DNA of 64,000 bases from an uncultured Acidimicrobiaceae bacterium (GTDB lineage: Bacteria > Actinomycetota > Acidimicrobiia > Acidimicrobiales > Bog-793), in assembly GCA_963725355.1 (NCBI GenBank), contig CAVRYE010000012.1, positions 370,488 to 434,487 on the forward strand, in the 5' to 3' direction. The position numbers were made by a program, and so were the translations under genes. The notes beneath the pieces were generated by a model. It saw nothing but the letters and a program-made list of their open reading frames with translations. It did not search any database and had not been told where the DNA came from. Each line of letters begins with the position of its first letter. The first letter of the stretch is position 1. This document shows, piece by piece, positions 25,996 through 35,500 of the stretch.

Positions 25996-27813
25996 TCATC
26001 GCTGCCTCAGGTAGTCGCGAAGCTCACTGGGATCGTGGCATCGGTCGAAGGCCATTGCTTCAGTGATGGTGCCAGCTTGGACTGCTTTGGCCAGACCCTG
26101 GTCCATGGTCTGCATGCCCTGTGCCGCGCCGGTCTGGATGAGCGAGTAGATCTGGTGCGTCTTCGCACTGCGGATGAGATTACGGATCGCGGGGTTGCAG
26201 ATCATCACCTCTGCAACGGGGGTTCGGCCGAAGCCGCTTGCACTCAGGACAAGTTGCTGTGTTATGACGGCTTCCAGGGATGCGGCGAGCTGGATACGAA
26301 TTTGGCCCTGCTGGCCACTCGGGAAGACGTCGATGATACGGTCGATTGTCTGGGGTGCGTCTTGGGTGTGCAAGGTCGCGAACACGAGGTGGCCGGTCTC
26401 GGCTGCCGTAAGAGCCGTGGCGATGGTCTCGTTGTCGCGCATCTCACCTATGAGGATGACGTCGGGGTCCTGACGGAGGACATGGCGAAGGGCCTCAGCA
26501 AAGGACTTAGTGTCCGAACCGACCTCGCGCTGGTTGACAATAGAACGGCTGTGGCTGTGGAGGAACTCGATCGGGTCCTCGACGGTAACGATATGCAGCG
26601 GTTTCGACTGGTTGATGATATTGACCAACGAGGCAAGAGTTGTCGACTTGCCGGACCCGGTGGGACCTGTGACCAGTACTAGTCCGCGGCGGAGCTCCGC
26701 AAGTGTTGGAACAACTGCGGGTAGGCCGAGAGTGTCGAAGGGAGGGATCTCGTGGGGGATTGCCCTCATCACCGTGCCGATGGAGCCCCGCTGCTGGAAG
26801 AGATTGACGCGGAAACGTCCTACGCCCATGATCGTGTGGGCAGTGTCGAGCTCATGTTCTGCCTCGAAGCGCTCACGCAGACCCTGGGTGAGGATCCGGT
26901 AAACCATCTCTCGAATCTGTTCGTTGTCGAGGCGCGAGAGGCCCTCGATGGGCCGCAAGGAACCGTCGATTCGAATAGCAGGCGGCAGCTGATTGGCCAG
27001 GTGAAGGTCAGATGCGCCATTTCGCACCGCATAGGTGAGCAGTTCGTCGATGTCGAGACTGCCGTCGGGATTGAGACTTGGTACGAATGGCTCCATATCC
27101 GGCATGCCGCCCGATCCACCAGGCAGATCTGTGTGCCTGACATCGGCGGTATAGTCGGCCTGCCAGTCGGCCGCGTCGTATCCTGGGCCTCCCGCCCCGT
27201 TGGAGCGGATGTCGTGAGCGGTAGGCGCACCCGACATGACGGGCTGATGAACCTGCATCGGTAGGTTCATCACCGGGCTTGATGACGGCGTCGCTTGTGA
27301 GGAATCGGCTGGCGCGGGCGCGTAGGCCTGGGTACTTACGGTGGAAGCCGCTTGGGCTTTCGATGTTGCGTCCTCGGGCGATGAAAGGCGCGGGTAGACA
27401 GCGTTCATCAGCTGCTCCAGGGCCACCGGGTCAGCCAGGACGCAGCCGGAGACCTCTATTCCCAGGAATGCCGATACCTCACGCTGTTGCGAGATGTCGA
27501 GAGGCTCAGCGCAGGCAAGAGTGAGGCCCTCGGTCTCGAGCTTGTACCCGATCACCATGAGCTCGCGGGCGAAGAGTTCGGGTACCAATCGGAAGGCCTC
27601 GCCCATGGGGCGGTTGGCCGAGATGTCGACAGAAGGCACTCCGGAGATGCGCGAGAGCTCGGCTAGCGACGAGGCCGGTTCCACCAGCCCTCGGGCGGCC
27701 AGGACCGCTGCGACGGGGCGGCCGGCAGAGGCCGCTTCTGAGAGAGTGGCAACGGCGATGTCTCCAGGAATTGTCCCGCGCTGACGAATGTCTCGGCGAG
27801 GCGCTTTGACCAT
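25996..27813 (-). CDS. PilT-type retraction ATPase core fused to an N-terminal PilB/GspE-type (T2SSE_N-like) domain and a low-complexity linker
   Basis: aa 251-605 have Walker A GPTGSGKSTT, DPDVILIGEMRD, the His box ETGHLVFATLHT and the PilT signature AIRNLIRSAK...GMQTMDQ. aa 1-140 resemble a GSPII_E N-domain (LVPELFARELMVIGYKLE..LTLACAEPLD...). aa 141-250 are rich in Ala, Pro, Ser and Gln. Confidence 0.8.
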   Translation of the reverse strand: MVKAPRRDIRQRGTIPGDIAVATLSEAASAGRPVAAVLAARGLVEPASSLAELSRISGVPSVDISANRPMGEAFRLVPELFARELMVIGYKLETEGLTLACAEPLDISQQREVSAFLGIEVSGCVLADPVALEQLMNAVYPRLSSPEDATSKAQAASTVSTQAYAPAPADSSQATPSSSPVMNLPMQVHQPVMSGAPTAHDIRSNGAGGPGYDAADWQADYTADVRHTDLPGGSGGMPDMEPFVPSLNPDGSLDIDELLTYAVRNGASDLHLANQLPPAIRIDGSLRPIEGLSRLDNEQIREMVYRILTQGLRERFEAEHELDTAHTIMGVGRFRVNLFQQRGSIGTVMRAIPHEIPPFDTLGLPAVVPTLAELRRGLVLVTGPTGSGKSTTLASLVNIINQSKPLHIVTVEDPIEFLHSHSRSIVNQREVGSDTKSFAEALRHVLRQDPDVILIGEMRDNETIATALTAAETGHLVFATLHTQDAPQTIDRIIDVFPSGQQGQIRIQLAASLEAVITQQLVLSASGFGRTPVAEVMICNPAIRNLIRSAKTHQIYSLIQTGAAQGMQTMDQGLAKAVQAGTITEAMAFDRCHDPSELRDYLRQR

Positions 27814-27838
27814 TCGGTTGGCGACCTACGATCGGGAC

Positions 27839-30284
27839 TCATACGACCACCCTCAGTATCTCTTCGAGGCTCGTTATGCCGAGCGCCGCTTTGCGCAATC
27901 CGTCGTGCCGCAATGGAACCATCCCCTGTTCGAGGGCTAGGTGTTGTATGTCGTCGTTCGAAGCGTGGGCGATGATTGCCCGCTCGAGTTCTTCGTCAAT
28001 AAGTAGGAGTTCCTGAAGCGCAATTCGTCCCCGGTAGCCGGTCCGGCTGCATGCTTGGCACCCGACGGCCCTCCGGAAGCGGACCTTCCCGTTTGGCGGT
28101 TCGTCTTCCTCTGTGAACCCGATCAGCTCGAGGTCCTCGACTGTCGGGGAATAGTCCTCCAGGCAGTTCTCGCACAGTTGCCTGGTAAGGCGCTGAGCCA
28201 GAACGCAGTCGAGTGCTGATCCGACGAGGAACGCCTCGACCCCCATTTCCACCAGGCGCATGGGCGTGCCGGCGGCATCGTTGGTGTGGAGGCTCGAGAG
28301 CACAAGGTGGCCGGTAAGGGCGGCTTCGATCGCGATCACAGCTGTCTCGCGGTCACGGATCTCGCCGACGAGGACGACGTCGGGGTCGGAGCGGAGGATA
28401 GAGCGAAGGGCATTGGCGAAGTTAAGACCGGCCTTGGGATTGACCTGGACTTGGCTGACGCCGCGTAGTTGGTACTCGACCGGATCCTCGACTGTGATCA
28501 GGTTTCGTTCTGGGGAGTTGAGAGCGTTCAAGGTCGCGTACAGCGTCGTCGACTTGCCGGACCCGGTTGGTCCCGTCACAAGGATCGTCCCGTACGCCTT
28601 GCGATAAGCGACCTCGTAACGCTTTTCGACTGTCGGCAGGAACCCAAGCTGGGAAAGCTGTAGGGAGGCGCTCGACTTGTCGAGCACGCGAAGCACGATC
28701 TTCTCGCCGTGCACCGTCGGCAGGGTCGCGACGCGGAGGTCGATCTCCCGTCGTCCAGCGGTGAGGGTGATGCGCCCGTCCTGGGGGACGCGGTGCTCGG
28801 CAATGTCAAGGCTCGCCATCACCTTGAGACGTGTCGTCACGCCGCCTTGGATCGCCTTCGGAGAGCGGGTGACCTCGTGGAGCACCCCGTCAATTTCGAA
28901 AGCGGATGCGCAGGTCGTCGGAGGTGGGCTCGATGTGGATGTCCGAGGCGCGCTCTTGGAGGGCCTGGCGGAGGATCAAGTTGACGTACTTGACGATCGG
29001 GGCGTCCTCGACGACGGCGTGGAGGTCGGTGAGCTCGGTGATCTTCGTCTCGTCGCCGGCAGAGGTCTGCGACGCCGCCGTCTGGGCGGCGAGCGTCGTC
29101 TCCCGGTCGTGGCGGTAGACGCGCGACAGGTACTCCGCTATCTGGCCTGCGCTGCAGACCACGATCTGAATGTCGGTGCCGAGCAGTGTTCGCAGGTCGT
29201 CGACCGCGAAGACGTCGGACGGGTTCGCCATGCCGATGATCGGCGTGTCGCCCCGGTAGCCGAGAGCCAGCACGCGGTGGCGACGAGCGAGGGACTCCGG
29301 GATCAGCTTTGTCGCCTCAGGGTCGAGCGGCTGCTCGTTGAGGTCGACAAACTCCATACCGGCCTCGGCGGCCGAGGCACGGATGAGGTCCTCTTCTGAG
29401 ACGAGACCGAGCTCGCTCAAGATGTCGCCGAGCGACCGCCCCGTAGCCGCTTGCTCGCGCAGGGCTGCTTCCATCTCCTCGCGCGTGACCTGGCCGGAGC
29501 TCATGAGCAGCTCGGCGAGGCCCGGCGTCGACTTCGCGACCTCAGCAGGAGCCTTCGCCTTGCCCGCCGTGGTCGCCTCTAGGAGCTTGGAGGCGGCGAG
29601 GAGCGCCTCGGCCTCTTCGTCGGCAGGCGGAGTGAGCGCGGTGGGCTCAGCTGCCTCTGCCTCTTCGGGGACGAGATGCAGGGTGGGCTCGCTCGGCTGC
29701 TTCTCGGCTGCGTGCCGGGAGCCGCCTGCCCTCGTGGACGGGACAGTGTCAGGAGGAGGTGCGGGTGGCTCCGGTACTGGAGGACGCGCCGGTGGCTCTG
29801 GAACTACCGGCCCAGTCGAGTCCGTTGTAGGCGCCTCCGCCGAAGGGGCCGTGGCAGTGGACTGTGACTTCGCTGCGCCGTCGGTCGAGCCTCGCAAACC
29901 ACGCCCGTTGGGGGCGGGCGCCGACGTCTCGGCCCGCGTGTACATGCGATCTATGTAGGCGTCGATCTGGCTCTCGCAAGCGACGACGGCATGGATGTCG
30001 CGACCGATAGCAGTCCTCAGGTCGTCCATCGCCATGACATTGTCGGGTCGCGCGACGGCCACAACCGGTGTTCCGAACTTCCAACCGACGGCCAGCGCGT
30101 GGTGGCGGCGGGAGGCCTGTTGGGGCAACAAGGAGGTCGCGGCCGCATTGAGCGGGTAGCGCTCGAGGTCGACGTACTCGAGCCCGACTTCCTTCGCGAG
30201 CGCCCGCGCCTCAGCAACCTCCGCCTTGGAAGGTGATACTTGCCGTCGCCCGGCGGTCGTCGTGGTCTGTTCGGTGGTACTCAT
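27839..30284 (-). pseudogene. pilB: Type IV pilus extension ATPase PilB (GspE family), interrupted by a 1-nt frameshift at 28894-28896
   Basis: ORF 28890..30284 ends ...ASDIHIEPTSDDLRIRFRN*. ORF 27839..28885 begins (IDG)VLHEV...RLKVMASLDIAEHRVPQDGRI. The minus strand reads CGA AAT TGA CGG GGT G, and removing one A restores R-I-D-G-V-L. Walker A is GPTGSGKSTT and a C-terminal tetra-Cys motif is present. Confidence 0.85.
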
Positions 30285-30544
30285 CCCCTATTACCATCGG
30301 GCGCACGGGGAGGTTTCTTTATTCGATCATTTCCGACAGCGCTCAACATGCGCCTCCCTCCCTCCCCGATGAGCAGCGCTTCAGTGCGCTGAGCGTTCAA
30401 ACTCGCGCGGTACGTGTCGATGATAGCTCGGATAGCGTACGCCAGGCGTCGCCCGGACGAGCCGGGCAGGAGGGAAATCGTGCGTGTGACCTCAGCTCTC
30501 GTGCTCGGGCGGATCGGCATCGAGGAGAGGGTCGCCAATCTCTG

Positions 30545-31318
30545 ATGTCGCCGATAGCCGAAGTGGTGGCCGGCGTCATCGGGCTGGTAATGGGCTCGTT
30601 TGTCGGCGTCGTCGTTGACAGGATCCCCCGCAAGGAGTCGATCGTGGCGCCTCCTTCACGCTGCGATGCTTGCGGTGCGCCCATCGCGCCATACGACAAC
30701 ATCCCCGTTGTCTCTTATCTGATCCTGCGGGGCAGCTGCCGGCGTTGCGGAGCGCACATCCCGGCCCGGGATGCCTTGTTGGAGCTCGGTACGGGAGTCC
30801 TTTTCGTCCTGCTCGCCTGGCGGCTCGGCTCAATATGGGAGCTGCCCGCCTACTGCTTCTTGGCGGCGAGCCTGGTAGCGATATCCGCCATCGACATCGA
30901 GCACCTGCGGATACCCTCGCCGATCGTGTACGCCACAGCCGGACTGGGGGTGCCGCTCCTCGTTCTCGCCTCGGCGGGGACCCACCGCTGGTCCGCCCTC
31001 TTGGCAGCCGTCATCTGCGGCGCGGTCGCCTTTGCTGCCTTCTTCACGCTGTTCTACGCCGTGCCGAAAGGCATTGGATTCGGCGACGTCCGGCTTGCCG
31101 GATTGTGTGGCGGATTCGTCGGTTGGATCGGCTACCGCGAGGCGTTCGTCGCCTTCCTCGTCAGCTTCGTCGTAGCTGGGGTGCCCGCTGCCATATTGCT
31201 AGCCCTGCACAAGGTGCAACGGCGGACCCAGATCCCCTTCGGGCCCTTCATCGCGGCCGGGACCCTTATAACGGTTCTGGTTGGGCACCCGCTCGTGCAC
31301 GCCTGGGCGAGCCTCTGA
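30545..31318 (+). CDS. pilD: Prepilin peptidase (A24 family) PilD
   Basis: ATG 30545 lies in ORF 30233..31318. N-terminal CDACG...CRRCG domain, multiple TM segments, and the catalytic-Asp context GFGDVRLAG. Confidence 0.85.
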   Translation: MSPIAEVVAGVIGLVMGSFVGVVVDRIPRKESIVAPPSRCDACGAPIAPYDNIPVVSYLILRGSCRRCGAHIPARDALLELGTGVLFVLLAWRLGSIWELPAYCFLAASLVAISAIDIEHLRIPSPIVYATAGLGVPLLVLASAGTHRWSALLAAVICGAVAFAAFFTLFYAVPKGIGFGDVRLAGLCGGFVGWIGYREAFVAFLVSFVVAGVPAAILLALHKVQRRTQIPFGPFIAAGTLITVLVGHPLVHAWASL

Positions 31319-31324
31319 GCTCTG

Positions 31325-32452
31325 TCAGAACCTGGCAGCAGAGCCGACGAGACCGCGCTTTTGCAGAGCCACGCGCAAGTCGTGCGGGTTCGAAGCGGCC
31401 TGGGTCGCCGAACGCAGGTCTATGGTGCCCTGCTCAAGCAGCGCCACGAGAGCCTGGTCGAAGGTCTGCATGCCGTAGTACTCGCCTTCGCGGATGATGG
31501 AGGTTATGTCGCCCCCCTGGCCGGGCTCAATGATGCACTGCTGAATCCGGCCATTGGTGATCATGATCTCCATGGCGGGCACTCTTCCCGAGCCGTCTGC
31601 AGTGGGAACGAGTCGCTGGCAAAGCGTGCCCTTCAACGCTCCGGCGAGGCTCAGACGAGCCTGGCGCTGCTGAGCCGCCGGGAAGAAGTCGACGATCCGG
31701 TTGACGGTCTCGACGGCGTCGATGGTGTGGAGCGTGGCGAACACGAGGTGTCCGGTCTCAGCTGCGCTGAGGGCGGTCTCCACTGTCTCGACATCTCGCA
31801 TCTCACCGACGAGGATCACGTCGGGGTCCTCGCGAAGCGCCGAACGTAGTGCGACAAGGAAGCTAGAGGTGTCGAAGCCGACTTCACGTTGGCTCACCGC
31901 GGAGAGCTCATCGCGGTGCAAGACCTCTATCGGGTCCTCGATCGTGACGATGTGGCACTCGCGGGTGTGGTTGATGTGGTCGATCATGGCGGCGAGGGTG
32001 GTCGTCTTCCCACATCCCGTGGGGCCGGTGACAAGGATGAGACCTCGCTGCTCGTCAGCTAGGCGACGGACCGCCTCGGGCAGGTTCAGCTCGCCGAAGG
32101 AGCGGGCATGGGAGCGGACCAGACGGAATACCATGCCTATCGTGGAGCGCTGTCGGTAGGCGTTCACACGGAAGCGTCCGAGGTCAGGAATCGAGTACGC
32201 GAAGTCGCCCTCATTGGTCGTGTCAAAGTGTTCCCAAGTCCGTTGTTGCATAATTTCCTTGGCGATCCCCACCATGTCTTCGGCTTTGATGACAGGTGAA
32301 TCATTGATTCGTGTCAGCTCACCGTTGATCCGCATCCTTGGTGGGGAACCCACCTTCAAGTGAAGATCGGAACCTTCTGCCGCGGCCAGTCGGCGGAGTA
32401 ATGCGTCGAGTTCTGAGCGCTCCATACACGTAGCCTCGCGCATCTCACGCAC
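31325..32452 (-). CDS. pilT: Twitching-motility ATPase PilT
   Basis: 375 aa. GSDLHLKVGSPPRMRINGEL, Walker A GPTGCGKTTT, DPDVILVGEMRD, ETGHLVFATLHT. An alternative start at ATG 32425 (MERSELD) is possible. Confidence 0.85.
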   Translation of the reverse strand: MREMREATCMERSELDALLRRLAAAEGSDLHLKVGSPPRMRINGELTRINDSPVIKAEDMVGIAKEIMQQRTWEHFDTTNEGDFAYSIPDLGRFRVNAYRQRSTIGMVFRLVRSHARSFGELNLPEAVRRLADEQRGLILVTGPTGCGKTTTLAAMIDHINHTRECHIVTIEDPIEVLHRDELSAVSQREVGFDTSSFLVALRSALREDPDVILVGEMRDVETVETALSAAETGHLVFATLHTIDAVETVNRIVDFFPAAQQRQARLSLAGALKGTLCQRLVPTADGSGRVPAMEIMITNGRIQQCIIEPGQGGDITSIIREGEYYGMQTFDQALVALLEQGTIDLRSATQAASNPHDLRVALQKRGLVGSAARF

Positions 32453-32556
32453 GGTGGCAAGTTTCGCCGCGGAGAGTGAGTCCCAGGCGTCGTTCCCCCC
32501 TCCTCGGAACCACCCCGCGCGCTATCGTGCCCTAGGGCTAATGACAGGCTTGTAGT

Positions 32557-32590
32557 TCGTCCACAGGCTGTGGACGAAGCCTGTGGACAG
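32557..32590. promoter_or_regulatory. Palindromic operator-like element made of three DnaA-box-like 9-mers upstream of dnaE
   Basis: TCGTCCACA-G-G-C-TGTGGACGA has perfect 10-bp arms (32557-32577). A third copy, TGTGGACAG, is at 32582-32590. Each is 8/9 to the high-GC DnaA box TTGTCCACA. Confidence 0.3.
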
Positions 32591-35500
32591 GGAGTGGGCG
32601 AGGGTGGTCGAGGCTAGCGAGAGCACACGGAAGAACGAGGAATCGTTCGTCCACTTGCACACCCATACCGAGTACTCAATGCTCGACGGGGCGGCCCGGA
32701 TCGGGGATCTGGTCCAAGCTGCAGTTGCAGACGGCCAGCCCGCGCTTGCGATCACCGACCACGGCAACATGTACGGGGTCCTCGACTTCTACAAGGAGTG
32801 CCGCGAGCGGGGGATCACGCCCATCATCGGTACCGAGGCCTACATGGCCGCCCAGTCCCGCCTTGAGCGGCCCGTGCGGCGCGGCCGCATCGACGACACG
32901 GGCGGCGAGGGCGATAAAGGCGAGAAGCTCTACTACCACTTGACCGTCCTTGCGGAGACCACCCAGGGCTACCGCAACCTCATCAAGCTCTCCTCGGCCG
33001 CTTACCTCGAGGGCTACTACTACAAGCCCGCGTGTCGACTGGGAGCTGCTCGAGCGCCATCACGAAGGCCTTATCGCCACGACCGGGTGCCTTGGCGGGG
33101 TCGTCGCCCAAGCGCTGCTCGCGGAGGACTTCGACTCTGCGCTGAGCCTCGCCGGACGCCTCCAGGACATCTTTGGCAAGGAGAACCTCTTCGTCGAGCT
33201 GCAGGATCACGGCATCGGGGCGCAGAAGACCACCAATCCCAGCCTCATTCGCATCGCCCGGGCCCTCGACGCGCCGCTGCTAGCCACCAACGACAGCCAT
33301 TACTGCAGGCGTGAGGACGCCGTCGCCCATGACGCACTGTTGTGCGTCCAGACCGGGGCCACCATCCACGATCCGAAGCGGTTCAAGTTCGAGGGCGAGG
33401 AGCATTACCTAAAAAGTGCTCGCGAGATGCGCCGGCTGTTCGCGGAGGTGCCCGCTGCCTGCGACAACACCCTTTGGGTGGCAGAGAGGGCAACCGTCGA
33501 GCTAGAGCTCGGCAAGCCGGCGTTGCCCCAGTTCCCTGTGCCGGAAGCCTTCCAGAAGCAGAGCTACGAGGAGTCAGCCGCCAGCTACCTCGCCCATCTG
33601 ACCTACGAGGGCGCCGCGGCCCGCTACGGCTCACCGATACCGCCCGAGGTGGCCGACCGGCTCGATTTCGAGCTGAGGGTCATTTCCGAGATGGGTTTCG
33701 CGGCCTACTTCCTCGTCGTGTGGGACATCATCCGCTACGCGAGGGAGGCCGGGATCAGGGTTGGGCCGGGCCGCGGGTCAGCAGCCGGGTGCTGCGTGGC
33801 CTACTGCCTGCGCATCGTCGACCTCGACCCGATCCGTTACGACCTGCTTTTCGAGCGCTTCTTGAACCCGGGCCGAAAGCAAATGCCCGACATCGACATG
33901 GACTTCGACGAGCGGCGCCGGGGCGAGATGATCCGCTACGTCGCGGAGCGCTACGGAGCCGATCACGTCGCTCAGATCGTCACGTTCTCGACGATAAAGG
34001 CCCGGGCGGCAGTTCGCGATGGCGCTCGGGTGCTGGGCCTTCCCTACGCCCTCGGCGACCGGATCGCCAAGGCAATGCCACCGCTCGTAATGGGCCGTGA
34101 CACGCCCTTGCGGGCCTGCTTCGAGCGCGTGGAAGGCCACGAGGACGGTTTCATGGCTGCCGCCGACCTTCGCGAGATGTACGAGCAGGAGCCGGACGCG
34201 AAGCTCGTCATCGACGTGGCGAGAGGCCTCGAGGGGCTCCGGCGCCAAGACGGCATCCACGCTGCCGCTGTCGTCATCACCCACGAGCCGCTTACCGAGT
34301 ACCTGCCGGTGCAACGCAAGCCCGAGCCGGGGGCCGACCCGAGCGACGCCCCGATCGTCACCCAGTACGAGATGCACGGGGTGGAAGAGCTGGGTCTGTT
34401 GAAGATGGACTTCTTGGGGCTGCGCAACCTTTCTGTCATCGAGGTGGCCCTCGACCTCATCGAGCAGACAACACAGTCGCGTCCTGACATCGACGCCGTC
34501 GCCCTTGACGACGAGGCGACCTTCGAGATGCTGCGGCGGGGCGACTCGATCGGGGTCTTCCAGCTCGAGGGCGCCGCCATGCGCTCGACGCTGCGCTCGC
34601 TCGCCCCGACGAGCTTCGACGACGTCGCCGCCCTCGTCGCCTTGTACCGCCCAGGCCCGATGGCGGCCAACATGCACCGGGACTACCCGGACCTCAAGAA
34701 CGGCCGCAAGCCGGTGACCTACATCCATCCGGAGATGGAAGCAATCCTCGGGGACACCTACGGCCTCATGCTCTACCAGGAGTCAGTCATGCGGGTAGCC
34801 CAGCGGTTCTCTGGCTACTCGCTCGAGGAAGCCGACAACCTGCGCAAGGCATGCGGCAAGAAGAACCGCGCTCTGATCGCTGCCGAGCGGGTGAAGTTCA
34901 TCGCGGGCTGTGTCACCCAAGGCTACGACGAGGCCCTCGGTACCCAGCTTTTCGACATCATCGAGCCCTTCGCCGACTACGCCTTTAACAAGTCCCACTC
35001 CTATGGGTATGGTCTCGTCGCTTATCAGACGGCCTGGCTGAAGGCGAACCACCCCGTCGAGTACCTCGCCGCCCTCTTGTCGTCTGTCAAGGGGGACAAA
35101 GACAAGACCGCCGTCTACCTGTCCGAGTGCCGCACGCTCGGCATCGAGGTCAGGGTGCCGGATGTGAACGCGTCATCCTCCAACTTCACCCCGATCAGAC
35201 CGGCGCCGGGCAGCGATCCGGCAGATGGGCGTGGTGTGATCATCTTCGGCCTCTCCGCGGTACGAAACGTTGGGGAGGCCATCGTCGAGCACATCGTGGT
35301 GGCTCGCGAGGCGGGAGGTCCTTTCACCGACTTCTACGACTTCTGCAGCCGAGTCGACCCGAGCGCGCTCAACAAAAGGGCCGTCGAGTCGCTCGTCAAA
35401 GCGGGTGCCTTCGACTCGCTCGGCCATCCCCGAAAAGGGCTCTGCCTGGCCTTCGAGGGCATCATCGAGCGGGCGCTCGTCCGCCGGCGCGAGACAGAGC

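Noticed and set aside
30670-31497. A 275-aa + strand ORF overlapping pilD and pilT.
   Set aside because: It is an alternative frame of pilD followed by antisense of pilT. It is Arg/Pro/Gly-rich nonsense.
33778-34728. A 316-aa minus ORF inside dnaE.
   Set aside because: It is antisense to the strongly conserved DnaE palm and fingers region.
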